Under the pieces are notes generated by a model, which was given only the letters and a program-made list of their open reading frames with translations, was not told the origin of the DNA and made no database searches. From the NCBI GenBank assembly GCA_948434855.1, contig CAOJFR010000002.1:21195-85194 (forward strand): DNA of 64,000 bases. The letters run 5' to 3'. The stretch is from an uncultured Clostridia bacterium. Lineage in GTDB: Bacteria > Bacillota > Clostridia > Christensenellales > UBA1242. A program made the translations under genes and the position numbers. Of the stretch, positions 36,165 to 47,967 are shown in pieces (position 1 is the stretch's first letter; every line of letters starts with the position of its first letter).

Positions 36165-36370
36165 AATATAGTCTACCATAATTATTGTTAGGAGTATGAG
36201 CACTCGCAAAATAGTTATGGTTTTATAAGTCAAGAAATGTAGATACTCTGCAAACTTTCGTCCTTTATTTGCAGTGTATAGAATCGACTATTTTTTTGGC
36301 TTTTTGCTACCATTTTTGCAGAAAAACACAATAAAAGTGACTCTTTAATAATTTTCTTTTGGAGGACTAC

Positions 36371-39300
36371 ATGAGTAGTAACTTAAACATCAAAACAGAA
36401 AAGTTCGGGCTAACGGAGAGACACAAATTCGGCAAAATCAATGAAGTTATGGAAATCCCATACCTTGTTGAAGTTCAAAAAAATAGTTATCAAAGCTTCA
36501 TAACAAAAGGTATTCGCGACGTGCTTCGTGATTTTTCTCCAATCACCGACACCGACAATCTCAATCGTTCAGATGCAAGAGAAGACAACACAGACTCACG
36601 TGTTGAGCTTTATTTTCTGGACCACAAACTAGATGGAAACCCAAAATACACAGAGGCAGAGTGCAAATCAAGAGATGCAACATATGCTCAGGCGCTCAAG
36701 GTTAAAGTTCGTTTGGTTTATAAAGAAACCGGCGAAGTTGTTGAGCAAGAAGTGTATATGGGAGACATTCCAATCATGACTGACAACGGCTCATTCATTA
36801 TTAATGGTGCAGAGCGTGCAATTGTTAGCCAACTTGTTAAAAGCCCTAGCGTTTATTGCAATCAAGGCGTAAACAAAGCAGGCAATTTTGTTACTGAAAC
36901 AGACATCATTCCAGCACGTGGTGCATGGATTGAATGGGAAGAAGATAACAATAATGTTCTTTGGGTTCACGTTGACCGTTCAAGAAAATTGGTGGGAACA
37001 ATCTTTTTAAGAGCCCTTGGTCTTTCAACAAACGAAGAGCTTCTTGAAATGTTTGATAATGACCCAACAATTGTTAAAACCATTGAAAAAGACCCAACAA
37101 CAAGCCAAGAAGAGGCGTTAATTGAAATTTCAAAACGTCTTCGTCCTGGTGAAGTATTTAACCTTAAGGCTATTAAGAAAGACTTAGAAAAGAGATTTTA
37201 TTCAACAAGAAGATATGACATCACTGGTGTTGGACGTCATAAATTTAACCAAAAACTTAGCATTGCCAACAGAATCGAGGGCAAAACTCTTGCAGAGGAC
37301 ATTGTTATTGGTGACAAAGTTTATGCAGCTGCTGGCGAAGTTTTGGATGCTGAAAGAGCAAGATTTGTTCAAAACTCAGGCGTAAACAAGGTTGCTGTTG
37401 AAGGCAAGCTTGGCAAATTTTATGTGCTTGGAAACAACCGTGTTGACCTTGCTGCATATTGTGGCTTAAACGCTGTTCAGGCAGAAATTGATGAAGATGT
37501 GCATCTTCCAACTTTGCTTGTGCTTTTAAATGGTTGCAAAAACAAAGAAGAAAAACAAAAAGTTATTAATGAAAACAGAGACGAGCTTTTGGGTCGTCAT
37601 ATTATGCTTGACGACATTTTGTCTGCAGTTAACTATCACCTTTGCATTAAACAAGGTCTTGGTGAGCTTGATGATGTTGACCACCTTGGCAACCGTAGAA
37701 TTAAAACAGTTGGCGAACTTTTGCAAGCACAATTCTTTATTGGAATGGCAAGACTTGAAAGAGTTATTTCAGAAAGAATGCAGGTTCAAAATGTTGAAGA
37801 AATCAGCCCAAGCACACTTATTAATGTGCGTCCAGTAAGTGCTGCAATCCGTGAATTTTTTGGCTCAAGCCAAATGTCACAGTTTATGGAACAAACAAAC
37901 CCAATAGCATCGCTTACACATAAAAGAAAGGTTTCATCAATTGGACCTGGCGCGCTCACAAGAGAAAGAGCCGGCTTTGATGTTCGTGACGTGCACTACA
38001 CTCACTATGGTCGTCTATGTCCAAACGAAACTCCAGAAGGTCAAAACATTGGTCTTATCAACTCACTTGCAACTTATGCAAAAATTGATAAATATGGCTT
38101 TGTTGAAGCACCTTACAGAAGAATTGATAAAGAAACAGGAAAAGTAACAAACGAAGTTGTTTATATGACAGCTGATGTTGAGGAAAAATATGTTATTGCT
38201 CAGGCTAACGAAGAGTTAACTGAAGATGGCAAGCTTAAATCAGAAAGGGTAACTTGCCGTAAGAAAGGCGAAATTGTTGAGCTTCCAAGAGAGCAAATTG
38301 ACTTTATTGACGTTTCTCCAAAAGAACTTGTTTCTATTGCAACCACACTTGTTCCATTTATTGAAAATGACGATACAACTCGTGCGATGATGGCGTCTAA
38401 CATGCAGCGTCAGGCTGTTCCACTACTTAAAACTGAGGCTCCAATTGTTGGCACTGGCACAGAGCACAGAATTGCTGTTGACAGTGGCGTTATGGTTATT
38501 GCAAAATCAAACGGAACCGTTAAATATGTTAGTGGTGAAAAAATTGTTGTTGAAACAGCAAATGGCGATGAAGAATATAACCTTATTCCATTTGTTCGTT
38601 CAAACAGCGGAACTTGTATGCGTCAAAGACCAATCGTTAACCATGGTCAAAAAGTTAAGGCTGGCGATGTGCTTGCAGATGGTCCATCAACCAAAAATGG
38701 TGAACTTTCTATTGGTAAGAACATTCTTGTTGCATTCATGCCATGGGAAGGATATAACTTTGATGACGCTATTCTTATTTCAGATGAACTTGTTGAAGAT
38801 GATGTTTTGACATCTATTCACATTGAAGAATATGAGCAAGATGCTCGTGACACAAAACTTGGACCAGAAGAAATTACTAGAGATATTCCAAATGTTGGTG
38901 AAGATGCACTTTCAAACCTTGATGAAAATGGTATTGTAAGAATTGGTGCTGAGGTTACCACAGGCGATATTTTGGTTGGTAAGGTTACACCAAAAGGTGA
39001 AACAGAGCTTACCCCAGAAGAAAGACTTCTTAGAGCTATTTTTGGTGAAAAAGCTAGAGAAGTTCGTGACACATCTCTTAGAGTTGGTCATGGTGAAGGC
39101 GGTATTGTTGTTGACGTTAAGGTGTTTACTCGTGAAAACAAAGACGAACTCTCTACTGGCGTAAGCAAACTCGTTAGAGTTTATATTGCTCAAAAGAGAA
39201 AGATGAGTGTTGGTGACAAAATGTCTGGTAGACACGGAAACAAGGGTGTTGTTTCAAGAATCCTTCCAAAGGCAGACATGCCATTCTTGCCAGACGGAAC

Positions 39301-40093
39301 ACCTGTTCAAATTTTGTTAAACCCACTTGGCGTTCCTTCTCGTATGAACATTGGTCAGCTTCTTGAAGTTCACCTTGGCTTTATTGCTAAGGCACTTGGT
39401 TGGAAGATTGCAACCCCAGTTTTTGACGGTGCTAAAGAATCAGACATTCAAGAATTATTTAAACAAAACAACTTCCCAGAAGATGGAAAAATTCAGCTTT
39501 ATGATGGAAGAACTGGTGAACCATTTGAAAACAGAACAACTGTTGGTATCATGTATATGCTTAAGCTTCACCACCTTGTTGTGGATAAGATGCACGCTCG
39601 TTCAACTGGTCCATACTCACTTGTAACTCAACAACCTCTTGGCGGAAAAGCTCAGCTTGGTGGTCAGAGATTTGGTGAAATGGAAGTTTGGGCACTTGAA
39701 GCTTATGGTGCAAGTAACATCTTGCAAGAAATGCTTACAGTTAAGTCAGATGACGTTGTTGGCCGTTTAAAGACTTATGAAGCCATTGTTAAAGGCGACA
39801 ATATTACAGAGCTTGGCATTCCAGAGTCATTCAAGGTATTAATTAAAGAGCTTCAGGGCTTAGCACTTGATATTAAGGTGCTTACTGAAGACAAGCAAGA
39901 AATCGGTCTTAAAGAGCTTATGGAAGATGATAGAGATATGCCTGAGCCACTTAGAAATAAGAACGATAGAAATGAAGAAGAAATTGAAGTTAACTTAAAT
40001 CAAGAAGAAGATTTGACACCGGGCGAACTCGTTGATGATAGAAATTATGACGATGACGCAGGCAACTTATTTGACTTTGATGACGATTTATAA
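36371..40093 (+). CDS. rpoB: DNA-directed RNA polymerase subunit beta
   Basis: ATG 36371 after TGGAGGA (the ORF-track TTG at 36359 overlaps that RBS); canonical RpoB sequence; acidic C-terminal tail ending FDFDDDL. Confidence 0.97.
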   Translation: MSSNLNIKTEKFGLTERHKFGKINEVMEIPYLVEVQKNSYQSFITKGIRDVLRDFSPITDTDNLNRSDAREDNTDSRVELYFLDHKLDGNPKYTEAECKSRDATYAQALKVKVRLVYKETGEVVEQEVYMGDIPIMTDNGSFIINGAERAIVSQLVKSPSVYCNQGVNKAGNFVTETDIIPARGAWIEWEEDNNNVLWVHVDRSRKLVGTIFLRALGLSTNEELLEMFDNDPTIVKTIEKDPTTSQEEALIEISKRLRPGEVFNLKAIKKDLEKRFYSTRRYDITGVGRHKFNQKLSIANRIEGKTLAEDIVIGDKVYAAAGEVLDAERARFVQNSGVNKVAVEGKLGKFYVLGNNRVDLAAYCGLNAVQAEIDEDVHLPTLLVLLNGCKNKEEKQKVINENRDELLGRHIMLDDILSAVNYHLCIKQGLGELDDVDHLGNRRIKTVGELLQAQFFIGMARLERVISERMQVQNVEEISPSTLINVRPVSAAIREFFGSSQMSQFMEQTNPIASLTHKRKVSSIGPGALTRERAGFDVRDVHYTHYGRLCPNETPEGQNIGLINSLATYAKIDKYGFVEAPYRRIDKETGKVTNEVVYMTADVEEKYVIAQANEELTEDGKLKSERVTCRKKGEIVELPREQIDFIDVSPKELVSIATTLVPFIENDDTTRAMMASNMQRQAVPLLKTEAPIVGTGTEHRIAVDSGVMVIAKSNGTVKYVSGEKIVVETANGDEEYNLIPFVRSNSGTCMRQRPIVNHGQKVKAGDVLADGPSTKNGELSIGKNILVAFMPWEGYNFDDAILISDELVEDDVLTSIHIEEYEQDARDTKLGPEEITRDIPNVGEDALSNLDENGIVRIGAEVTTGDILVGKVTPKGETELTPEERLLRAIFGEKAREVRDTSLRVGHGEGGIVVDVKVFTRENKDELSTGVSKLVRVYIAQKRKMSVGDKMSGRHGNKGVVSRILPKADMPFLPDGTPVQILLNPLGVPSRMNIGQLLEVHLGFIAKALGWKIATPVFDGAKESDIQELFKQNNFPEDGKIQLYDGRTGEPFENRTTVGIMYMLKLHHLVVDKMHARSTGPYSLVTQQPLGGKAQLGGQRFGEMEVWALEAYGASNILQEMLTVKSDDVVGRLKTYEAIVKGDNITELGIPESFKVLIKELQGLALDIKVLTEDKQEIGLKELMEDDRDMPEPLRNKNDRNEEEIEVNLNQEEDLTPGELVDDRNYDDDAGNLFDFDDDL

Positions 40094-40113
40094 AATAATT
40101 TAAGGGGAAAAAC

Positions 40114-43100
40114 ATGTTTGAATTAAATAATTTTGACTCAATGCAAATCGGTATTGCAAGTCCTGAAAAGATTCGTGAATGGTCTTATGGCGAAGTTACA
40201 AAGCCAGAAACCATTAACTATAGAACACAAAAGCCAGAAAGAGATGGTCTTTATTGTGAAAGAATCTTTGGACCAACCAAAGACTGGGAATGTCATTGTG
40301 GAAAATATAAAAGAATTCGTTATAAAGGCGTAATCTGTGATAAGTGTGGTGTTGAAGTAACACGTGCAAAAGTTAGAAGAGAGAGAATGGGTCACATTGA
40401 CCTTGTAACTCCAGTTTCGCACATTTGGTATTTTAAGGGTGTTCCTTCAAGAATTGGAACAGTTTTAAACATTTCAATTAAAAAACTTGAGCAAGTTTTA
40501 TATTTCACTTCATTTATTGTTACAGATCCTGGCACAACCGAATTTGAATATAAACAAATTTTAAACGATAGAGAATATCGTGAAGCCGTTGAAAAATATG
40601 GCTCTAAGGCTTTTAAGGCTGGAATGGGCGCAGAGGTAATTAAACAACTTTTGTCAGAAGTTGACCTTGCTGCAGAATCTAAACAGCTTAAAGAAGAGCT
40701 TAGAAAAGCAAAAGGACAAAAGAAACTCAATATTGCTAAACGTCTTGGCATTATTGATTCATTTATCAGAACTGGTGCAAAACCAGAATGGATGATTTTG
40801 GATGCAATTCCAGTAGTTCCACCAGAACTTCGTCCAATGGTTCCACTTGATGGTGGCAGATTTGCAACCAGTGACGTTAATGACCTTTATAGAAGAGTTA
40901 TTAACAGAAACAACCGTTTAAAGAAACTTATTGAGCTTGGTGCTCCAGAAATTATCTGCAGAAACGAAAAACGTATGCTTCAAGAAGCTGTTGACGCACT
41001 CATTGACAACGGCAGAAGAGGTAAGCCAATTAGTGGTGCTGGCAACAGAGAGCTTAAATCTCTTTCAGCACTTCTTCGTGGAAAGCAGGGTCGTTTCCGT
41101 CAAAACCTTCTTGGAAAGCGTGTTGACTATTCTGGACGTTCAGTTATCGTCGTTGGACCAAGCTTAAAATTCTATCAATGTGGTCTTCCAAAAGAAATGG
41201 CTCTTGAACTATTTAAGCCATTTATTATGAAAAGACTCGTTGACCTTAATCAATCACATAATATTAAGAGTGCAAAACACATTGTTGAGCGTGCAAGACC
41301 AGTTGTTTGGGATGTTCTTGAAGATGTTATTAAGGATCACCCAGTGCTTCTTAACCGTGCGCCAACACTTCACAGACTTTCAATTCAAGCCTTTGAGCCT
41401 GTTCTTGTTGAAGGCGGAGCAATGAAACTTCATCCACTCACCTGTACTGCGTTTAACGCTGACTTTGACGGTGACCAAATGGCTATTCACGTTCCACTTT
41501 CACTTGATGCTCAAACTGAAGCTAGATATTTGATGATTTCGTCAAATAACATCTTAAAGCTTAGTGATGGCGAGCCAATTTCTGTGCCATATCAAGATAT
41601 GCTTTATGGTATTTATTATTTGACAGTAGAGCTTCCAAATGAAAAGGGTGAGGGCAAATCTTTTGCTGATGTTGATGAGGCTATTATGGCTTATCAAACT
41701 GGCAACTGCAGCTTGCATTCAAAAGTTTCTGTTCGTGTTCAAAAAGAAATTGACGGCAAAGTTTATTCTGCAAGAATAAACACTACCGTTGGTAGAATGA
41801 TTTTTAATAAGGCAATCCCTGAAGGAATTGGTATCATTAAGAGAGAATCTCCTGAAGATATGCTTAAAAATGAAATTGAATTTGCAGTAAGCAAAAAGAT
41901 GATGAAAAAAATAATCAAGGCTTGCTATGTTAATCTTGGTTCAACAAAAACTGCAATCATGCTTGACCAAATTAAAGAACTTGGTTATAAATATTCAACA
42001 CTTGCATCTCTTACAGCAAACCTATTTGATATTCGTGTTGCAAAAGACAGAGAACAAATTATTGCAGACGCAGATGCTTCTTCTGTGGTTGTTGACAAAC
42101 AGTTTAAACGTGGTCTTATCACAAAAGATGAGAAGTCTGTTAAACTTTTAGACCTTTGGAGCAATGCTCGTATGCAAATTACTGATGAAACTATGGAAGC
42201 TTATGAGTGCAACAACCCTCTTAAGCTTATGGTTGATTCTGGTGCCCGTGGTTCTAAGGACAATATGTGTGACCTTTCTGGTATTCGTGGTCTTATGATG
42301 AGCACTTCAGGAAAGGTTATTGAAGTTCCTATTCGTTCAAGCTTTAGAGATGGCTTAAGCGTTATTGAATATTTCATTGCAACCCGTGGTGGTCGTAAGG
42401 GTATGGTCGATAAAGCGCTTAAAACTGCAGACGCAGGTTATTTGACACGTCGTCTTGTGGATGTTGCTCAAGAAGTTGTTGTTGATGACGAAGACTGTTT
42501 TGCTACCCTTGGTGAAAAAGTTAAGGGTATGGACATTTCTGCTATTTATGATGAAGACAGCATGGTTGAGTCTATTAGTTCTCGTATTGTTGGAAGATAT
42601 ACAGTTAATGATGTATGTGATCCAAAAACTGGTGAAGTTATTGTTCCTGCAGACACAATGATTTCAGTTGAACAAGCTGAAGCTGTTGAAAAGGCAGGCG
42701 TTGAAAAGGTTACAATCAGAACAGTATTCACTTGTAAATCAAAAGTCGGTGTTTGTGCAAAATGTTATGGCAGAGACATGTCTTGCAGATCTAGAGTTAA
42801 GGTTGGTGAGGCTGTTGGTGTTATTGCAGCACAATCTATTGGTGAGCTTGGAACACAGCTTACCATGAACGTGTTCCACGGCGGTGGAACTGCAACTCAA
42901 GACGATATTACAGCGGGTCTTCCTAGAGTTGAAGAAATTTTTGAAGCTAAAAAGCCAAAGGGCGTTGCTGTAATTTCTGAAATTTCAGGAAAGGTTTCAA
43001 AAATTGATGAACCAAAACAACAAGTTACTGTGCTTTCAGATGATGGCAGTGAAGTTGTTTATGGTGTGCCATATGGTGCAAGATTTAAGGTTGCTGTAGG

Positions 43101-43665
43101 TTCAAGACTTGAGCCTGGTGCAAGAATAACAGAAGGTCCAATCAATCCACACGACATCTTAAAAACTCGTGGTGTTAAAGATACTCAAGACTATATGATT
43201 GTTGAAGTTTTGAAGGTTTACCACAAGTCTGGTGTTGACGTTAATGACAAACACCTTGAAATTATTATTCGTCAAATGCTTAAGAAGGTTAGAATTGAAG
43301 ATTCTGGCGACACAAATATGCTTCCTGGCGATTATGTTGACATCTTTAGATTTGAAGAAGAAAACGAAAGAGTTCTTTCAGAGGGCAAAGAGCCAGCAAA
43401 CGCAAAACGTGTGCTTCTTTCAATTACAAAATCTGCACTCGCAACAGACAGCTTCTTATCTGCTGCTTCATTCCAAGAAACCGTGCGTGTTCTTACAGAT
43501 GCTGCAATTAAGGGCAGTGTTGATAATCTTGTTGGACTTAAAGACAACATTATTATTGGTAAGAGAATTCCTGCCGGTACTGGTCTTAAGAGATATAGAG
43601 ATATCACTCCAACAGAGGTTAATGCTTATGATGAAGACCTAGAGTCAGATGAAGTTGATGCTTAA
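40114..43665 (+). CDS. rpoC: DNA-directed RNA polymerase subunit beta'
   Basis: 1183 aa; catalytic [10 protein letters not shown]; zinc-binding CHCGKY...CDKCG. Confidence 0.97.
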   Translation: MFELNNFDSMQIGIASPEKIREWSYGEVTKPETINYRTQKPERDGLYCERIFGPTKDWECHCGKYKRIRYKGVICDKCGVEVTRAKVRRERMGHIDLVTPVSHIWYFKGVPSRIGTVLNISIKKLEQVLYFTSFIVTDPGTTEFEYKQILNDREYREAVEKYGSKAFKAGMGAEVIKQLLSEVDLAAESKQLKEELRKAKGQKKLNIAKRLGIIDSFIRTGAKPEWMILDAIPVVPPELRPMVPLDGGRFATSDVNDLYRRVINRNNRLKKLIELGAPEIICRNEKRMLQEAVDALIDNGRRGKPISGAGNRELKSLSALLRGKQGRFRQNLLGKRVDYSGRSVIVVGPSLKFYQCGLPKEMALELFKPFIMKRLVDLNQSHNIKSAKHIVERARPVVWDVLEDVIKDHPVLLNRAPTLHRLSIQAFEPVLVEGGAMKLHPLTCTAFNADFDGDQMAIHVPLSLDAQTEARYLMISSNNILKLSDGEPISVPYQDMLYGIYYLTVELPNEKGEGKSFADVDEAIMAYQTGNCSLHSKVSVRVQKEIDGKVYSARINTTVGRMIFNKAIPEGIGIIKRESPEDMLKNEIEFAVSKKMMKKIIKACYVNLGSTKTAIMLDQIKELGYKYSTLASLTANLFDIRVAKDREQIIADADASSVVVDKQFKRGLITKDEKSVKLLDLWSNARMQITDETMEAYECNNPLKLMVDSGARGSKDNMCDLSGIRGLMMSTSGKVIEVPIRSSFRDGLSVIEYFIATRGGRKGMVDKALKTADAGYLTRRLVDVAQEVVVDDEDCFATLGEKVKGMDISAIYDEDSMVESISSRIVGRYTVNDVCDPKTGEVIVPADTMISVEQAEAVEKAGVEKVTIRTVFTCKSKVGVCAKCYGRDMSCRSRVKVGEAVGVIAAQSIGELGTQLTMNVFHGGGTATQDDITAGLPRVEEIFEAKKPKGVAVISEISGKVSKIDEPKQQVTVLSDDGSEVVYGVPYGARFKVAVGSRLEPGARITEGPINPHDILKTRGVKDTQDYMIVEVLKVYHKSGVDVNDKHLEIIIRQMLKKVRIEDSGDTNMLPGDYVDIFRFEEENERVLSEGKEPANAKRVLLSITKSALATDSFLSAASFQETVRVLTDAAIKGSVDNLVGLKDNIIIGKRIPAGTGLKRYRDITPTEVNAYDEDLESDEVDA

Positions 43666-43667
43666 TA

Positions 43668-43692
43668 AAAACAGGGCAAAGCCCTGTTTTTA
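43668..43692 (+). terminator. Rho-independent terminator after rpoC
   Basis: AACAGGGC-AAA-GCCCTGTT then TTTT. Confidence 0.85.
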
Positions 43693-43738
43693 TTATTTAT
43701 AATTAAACAAAATATATTTTAAATCACACAAAATTATC

Positions 43739-43767
43739 TTGACACTAATCAATTATAAGTATAAAAT
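43739..43767 (+). promoter_or_regulatory. Promoter of the ADH-ALDH-YhhN-Pr6Pr operon
   Basis: TTGACA, 17-nt spacer, TAAAAT. Confidence 0.6.
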
Positions 43768-43768
43768 A

Positions 43769-43792
43769 AAGTTGTTGACAAATCAACAACTT
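43769..43792. promoter_or_regulatory. 24-bp perfect palindrome immediately downstream of the -10 (operator or leader hairpin)
   Basis: AAGTTGTTGA-CAAA-TCAACAACTT, 10-bp perfect arms. Confidence 0.6.
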
Positions 43793-43815
43793 ATTTAAAG
43801 TTAATAGGAGTTATT

Positions 43816-45018
43816 ATGAACGTTTTTAAAAAAACTTATTGTCGTATATTTCAAGGTGTGTTTAAGGCAATGCTTCCGTTTTTGCCATATAGGCAGCCTA
43901 TGTTATTAAACTCTTATGACGAAATTGTTAGCGTTTTAAAGCAAAATAATGTGAATAATATTTTGATTGTAACCGATAAGGGGATAAACAGTTTGGGTTT
44001 AACCAAGGCTTTAGAAAGCGCACTGAAAAATAATGAAATTAGTGTTAGTGTGTATGACAACACTGTTGCTAACCCTACAACGGCAAATGTTGAAGAAGCA
44101 ATGCAGATTTTTTTGGATAATAAAATTCAGGGAATTATTGCCTTTGGTGGCGGCTCTGCAATGGATTGTGCAAAGGCAGTTGGTGCCAGAGTGGCTCGCC
44201 CAAAGAAACCTTTAAGCAAAATGAAAGGCGTTTTAAAAGTTAGGAAGAAACTTCCTCTTTTAATTGCAATTCCAACAACTGCGGGAACTGGAAGTGAAAC
44301 AACACTTGCAGCAGTTATAACTGATAGTGAAACCAGACACAAATATGCAATTAATGATTTTCCACTAATTCCGGCTTATGCTGCCTTAATGCCAGAACTT
44401 ACTGTTGGCTTGCCAAAGCACATAACTTCAACCACCGGCATGGATGCATTAACTCATGCGGTTGAGGCATTTATTGGCAGAAGCACAACCAAGGCAACAA
44501 GAATGGCGGCACTTGATGCAACCAAACTGATTTTTGAAAATATTACGCTTGCCTATGATGATGGCAAAAACATAACTGCAAGGGCAAATATGCTTCATGC
44601 CGCTTATCTTGCAGGCGTGGCATTTACTAAATCTTATGTTGGATATGTTCATGCCATTGCACACTCACTTGGTGGGAAATATAACATTCCACATGGTCTT
44701 GCAAACGCAATTATTTTGCCTTATGTTCTTAGAGCTTATGGAAAAAAGATTTATAAAAAGCTTTGGAAGCTTGGTGTTTATGCTAAACTTTTTGACCGTG
44801 AAACTTCAAAAGAAGTTGGTGCAAAAATTTTTATAGAAAAAGTTGAAGAGCTAAACAGATATATGAATATTGGAACAAGCATTTCTGAAATTAAAGAAGA
44901 AGATATTGATAGTCTTGCAAAAACTGCAGAGCATGAAGCAAATCCGTTATATCCTGTTCCAGTTATTTGGAACGCAAAACAACTGAAGAAGATTTATTAT
45001 GAGGTAAAAAATGGATAG
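43816..45018 (+). CDS. Iron-containing (group III) alcohol dehydrogenase
   Basis: 400 aa; GGGSAMDCAKA and HxxxH metal-site region (HAIAHSLGGKYNIPHG). Confidence 0.88.
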   Translation: MNVFKKTYCRIFQGVFKAMLPFLPYRQPMLLNSYDEIVSVLKQNNVNNILIVTDKGINSLGLTKALESALKNNEISVSVYDNTVANPTTANVEEAMQIFLDNKIQGIIAFGGGSAMDCAKAVGARVARPKKPLSKMKGVLKVRKKLPLLIAIPTTAGTGSETTLAAVITDSETRHKYAINDFPLIPAYAALMPELTVGLPKHITSTTGMDALTHAVEAFIGRSTTKATRMAALDATKLIFENITLAYDDGKNITARANMLHAAYLAGVAFTKSYVGYVHAIAHSLGGKYNIPHGLANAIILPYVLRAYGKKIYKKLWKLGVYAKLFDRETSKEVGAKIFIEKVEELNRYMNIGTSISEIKEEDIDSLAKTAEHEANPLYPVPVIWNAKQLKKIYYEVKNG

Positions 45019-46387
45019 TGAGGCTATTATTGAAAAATTTAATTTGCAAAAGAAAAGCCAGACAAATAGTCCGCTTAAAGATGTGAACTATAGAATTAAA
45101 CTTCTTAAAAGGCTTTATAAGAACATTAAACTTATGCAAAAAGAAATTTTTGAAGCATTAAAAATGGACTTAAATAAAAGCGAAGTTGAAAGCTATATGT
45201 GTGAAGTTGGTTTGGTTCTTAATGAAATAAGTTTTATGCTTAAGCACATAAGAAATTATTCTAAGCCAAAAAAAGTGGCAACTCCGCTTGCTCAGTTTAG
45301 GGCGGAAAGCTATAAACTTGCTTGCCCTTATGGAACCGTGTTGATTATTAGCCCTTGGAATTATCCTTTTATGCTTTCCGTGGAACCACTTGTTGACGCA
45401 CTTTCTGCTGGCAACAGCATAGTTTTGAAACCTAGTGAATTTTCACCAAATGTGAGCAATGTTCTTGAAAAACTGATTAGCCAAACTTTTTTGCCATCTG
45501 AAGCAAGTGTTGTTTTGGGCGGAAAAGAAGAATGCTCTTTGCTTTTAGACCAAGATTTTGATTACATTTTTTATACGGGAAGCACAAGAGTTGGTGAAAT
45601 TGTTATGAAAAAGGCGGCAGAACATTTTACTCCCGTAACGCTGGAAATGGGAGGCAAAAGCCCTTGCATTGTGGATGAAACTGCAAATATTTCTCTTGCG
45701 GCAAAGCGAATTGTGTTTGGCAAGTTTTTGAATGCAGGGCAAACCTGTGTTGCTCCAGACTATATACTTTGCAGCAGCAAAATTAGGGATAAGTTAATAA
45801 AAGAACTATGCAGGCAAATTGTTTTGCAATATTCAACTGATCCATTAAGGAACCCTAGCTATCCTAGAATGGTGAATGAAAAGCAGTTTGATTCTATGCT
45901 TGGTTTTGTGACAAAAGATAACTTGATTTTTGGTGGAAAGGCTAACAAAAATTCGCTTAAGATTGAGCCAACTATATTAAACTCTGATTTTGAATCTCCT
46001 GAGATGAAAGAAGAAATTTTTGGACCAATTTTGCCAATAATTTCTTTTGAAAACATTGATGAAGCAATTTTTAGAGTTAACAGTTTGACAAAGCCACTTG
46101 CACTTTACATTTTTTCTTCTTCAGTTTCTGTTCAGGAAAAAGTGATTAACTCTTGCGATTTTGGTGGTGGGTGCATTAATGACACTATTATTCATATTGC
46201 ATCATCTAGGCTTGGCTTTGGAGGGCTTAAACAAAGCGGTATTGGTGGATATCATGGGAAAGTTGGGTTTGATACCTTTACTCACTATAAAAGCATTGTG
46301 GACAAAAAAACTTGGCTTGACCTTCCAATGCGATATCAGCCATATTCAAAACTTAAATATAAACTTATAAAAATGTTTCTAAAATAG
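45011..46387 (+). CDS. Aldehyde dehydrogenase, class-3 (fatty/aromatic aldehyde) type
   Basis: 458 aa; overlaps ADH by 8 nt; catalytic LEMGGKSP and GQTCVAPDY; no long N-terminal segment, typical of ALDH3-like enzymes. Confidence 0.88.
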   Translation: MDSEAIIEKFNLQKKSQTNSPLKDVNYRIKLLKRLYKNIKLMQKEIFEALKMDLNKSEVESYMCEVGLVLNEISFMLKHIRNYSKPKKVATPLAQFRAESYKLACPYGTVLIISPWNYPFMLSVEPLVDALSAGNSIVLKPSEFSPNVSNVLEKLISQTFLPSEASVVLGGKEECSLLLDQDFDYIFYTGSTRVGEIVMKKAAEHFTPVTLEMGGKSPCIVDETANISLAAKRIVFGKFLNAGQTCVAPDYILCSSKIRDKLIKELCRQIVLQYSTDPLRNPSYPRMVNEKQFDSMLGFVTKDNLIFGGKANKNSLKIEPTILNSDFESPEMKEEIFGPILPIISFENIDEAIFRVNSLTKPLALYIFSSSVSVQEKVINSCDFGGGCINDTIIHIASSRLGFGGLKQSGIGGYHGKVGFDTFTHYKSIVDKKTWLDLPMRYQPYSKLKYKLIKMFLK

Positions 46388-46395
46388 GAGGGAAT

Positions 46396-47118
46396 ATGAA
46401 GAAAAATATTTTTATTGCCAATGTGGTTTTAATTGCCTTAATTTTAGTTGGCGATATATTTTATATTTTAAATGGTGGCTTGCTTTTAAAGGGCTTAACA
46501 AGTGCTGGCTTTGTGCTTATGGGTCTGTTGAACTTAGCTTACATTTATCTTACTAAGGCTAAGGACTTAAAGTTTTCGGCAATAATGTTTGCAGGATTGT
46601 TTTTTGCAATGCTTGGCGACATTATTTTGGAGATTGAATTTATTGTTGGCGCAGCACTCTTTGCTGTGGGTCACATTTTGTTCTTTTTTGCATATTGTAA
46701 CCTTTATGATTTTGGTTTAAAAGATTTGATTTTTGGAGCAATAATTTTTGTTCCAGCCGTGCTATTTATAACCCTTGCACCTATTTTTAATTTTGGTGAA
46801 ACCTTAATGGAAATTGTGTGTGTGGTTTATGCAATTATAATTTCTGTTATGGTTGGAAAATCTATTGCAAATTTGATTAAGGAAAGAAATTTAAAAAATG
46901 TTTTAATATTAATCGGAAGCATCTTGTTTTTCTTTTCAGACTTAATGCTTTTGCTAAACATTTTTGCTAGTCTTGGAAAAATTACTGGAATACTTTGTCT
47001 TGCAACATATTATCCTGCAGAATGTTTGCTGGCACTTTCAATTTTTTCACAGAGAAAAAATAACCTTAATGAAATTAATAACAATGAAGAAAAAGTGGAG
47101 GTGAAAGTTAATGATTAA
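46396..47118 (+). CDS. YhhN/TMEM86-family membrane protein (lysoplasmalogenase-like)
   Basis: 240-aa polytopic membrane ORF; helix pattern and MLGDIILE-type motif resemble the YhhN family; not verified by search. Confidence 0.55.
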   Translation: MKKNIFIANVVLIALILVGDIFYILNGGLLLKGLTSAGFVLMGLLNLAYIYLTKAKDLKFSAIMFAGLFFAMLGDIILEIEFIVGAALFAVGHILFFFAYCNLYDFGLKDLIFGAIIFVPAVLFITLAPIFNFGETLMEIVCVVYAIIISVMVGKSIANLIKERNLKNVLILIGSILFFFSDLMLLLNIFASLGKITGILCLATYYPAECLLALSIFSQRKNNLNEINNNEEKVEVKVND

Positions 47119-47815
47119 AAACACTACAATAAAATTAGTTTATCAAACTGTTTATGTGTGTCTTGCAATTTTTGGACTCATTGGCAGTTTTGGCTATTTT
47201 GAAAAAAGCTTTAGTGCAGATTTTTATGTTTATTATACAAACCTGAGCAACTATATTTGCATGGGCGTTATGGTGGCTTGCCTTGTGCAAACTTTTAGGC
47301 TTAGTCAAAAAAAAGAAGAAGCATATTGCACCGTTGCACCAACATTTAAGTTTTTGTGCGTGATTCTTATTTTGGTAACATTTTTGGTATATAACATTTT
47401 GCTTGCCGGAGATAAATCTGCAAGTGAATATTTTTCATCACCATCTAACTTGCTTATGCACCTAATTTTGCCACTAATGTTTATTGCAGACTGGATAATG
47501 TTTTATGAGCACGGAAAAACAAAGTGGTATCATCCTTTGCTTTGCACAGTTATGCCTCTTGTTTATGTTGTGCTTGTTTTGATTAGAGCGGCAATTGTTA
47601 ACGGAAAAACAAGCCTTGTGGTTTATCCTTATTTCTTTTTGAATGTTGACAAACTTGGCTGGGGCGGATTTTTTGCATGGGTCAGCATTCTTGTGGTTGT
47701 ATTTGTGATTATTGGATATTTATTTTATTTCTTTGATAACTTTAAGTTTTTTAAAGCTAAATTTTTGGAATATAAACTTAATAAAAAATCTAAAAAACAA
47801 AACAATGAAAAATAA
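47111..47815 (+). CDS. Pr6Pr (FAR-17a/AIG1-like) family membrane protein
   Basis: 234-aa, ~6-TM ORF overlapping yhhN-like by 8 nt; the YYTNLSN motif after TM1 resembles the Pr6Pr family; not verified by search. Confidence 0.5.
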   Translation: MIKNTTIKLVYQTVYVCLAIFGLIGSFGYFEKSFSADFYVYYTNLSNYICMGVMVACLVQTFRLSQKKEEAYCTVAPTFKFLCVILILVTFLVYNILLAGDKSASEYFSSPSNLLMHLILPLMFIADWIMFYEHGKTKWYHPLLCTVMPLVYVVLVLIRAAIVNGKTSLVVYPYFFLNVDKLGWGGFFAWVSILVVVFVIIGYLFYFFDNFKFFKAKFLEYKLNKKSKKQNNEK

Positions 47816-47818
47816 CTA

Positions 47819-47846
47819 AAAAACCATCAAACCTGATGGTTTTTTA
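47819..47846 (+). terminator. Rho-independent terminator
   Basis: AAACCATCA-AACC-TGATGGTTT then TTTT. Confidence 0.85.
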
Positions 47847-47967
47847 TATGCAAAAATATAATAAGCCCCAAATAAAATTTGCTTTAATAATTGTTTTTGT
47901 TATAATAAACATGAGAAAAATTTATAAAAAATTTTAGCTGACATTTATTTAGAGGGGATTCTTTTTT

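Noticed and set aside
36359-36370. TTG start for rpoB in the ORF track (MEDYMSSN…)
   Set aside because: The TTG lies within the Shine-Dalgarno sequence (TGGAGGA) that serves ATG 36371, so the ATG start was chosen.
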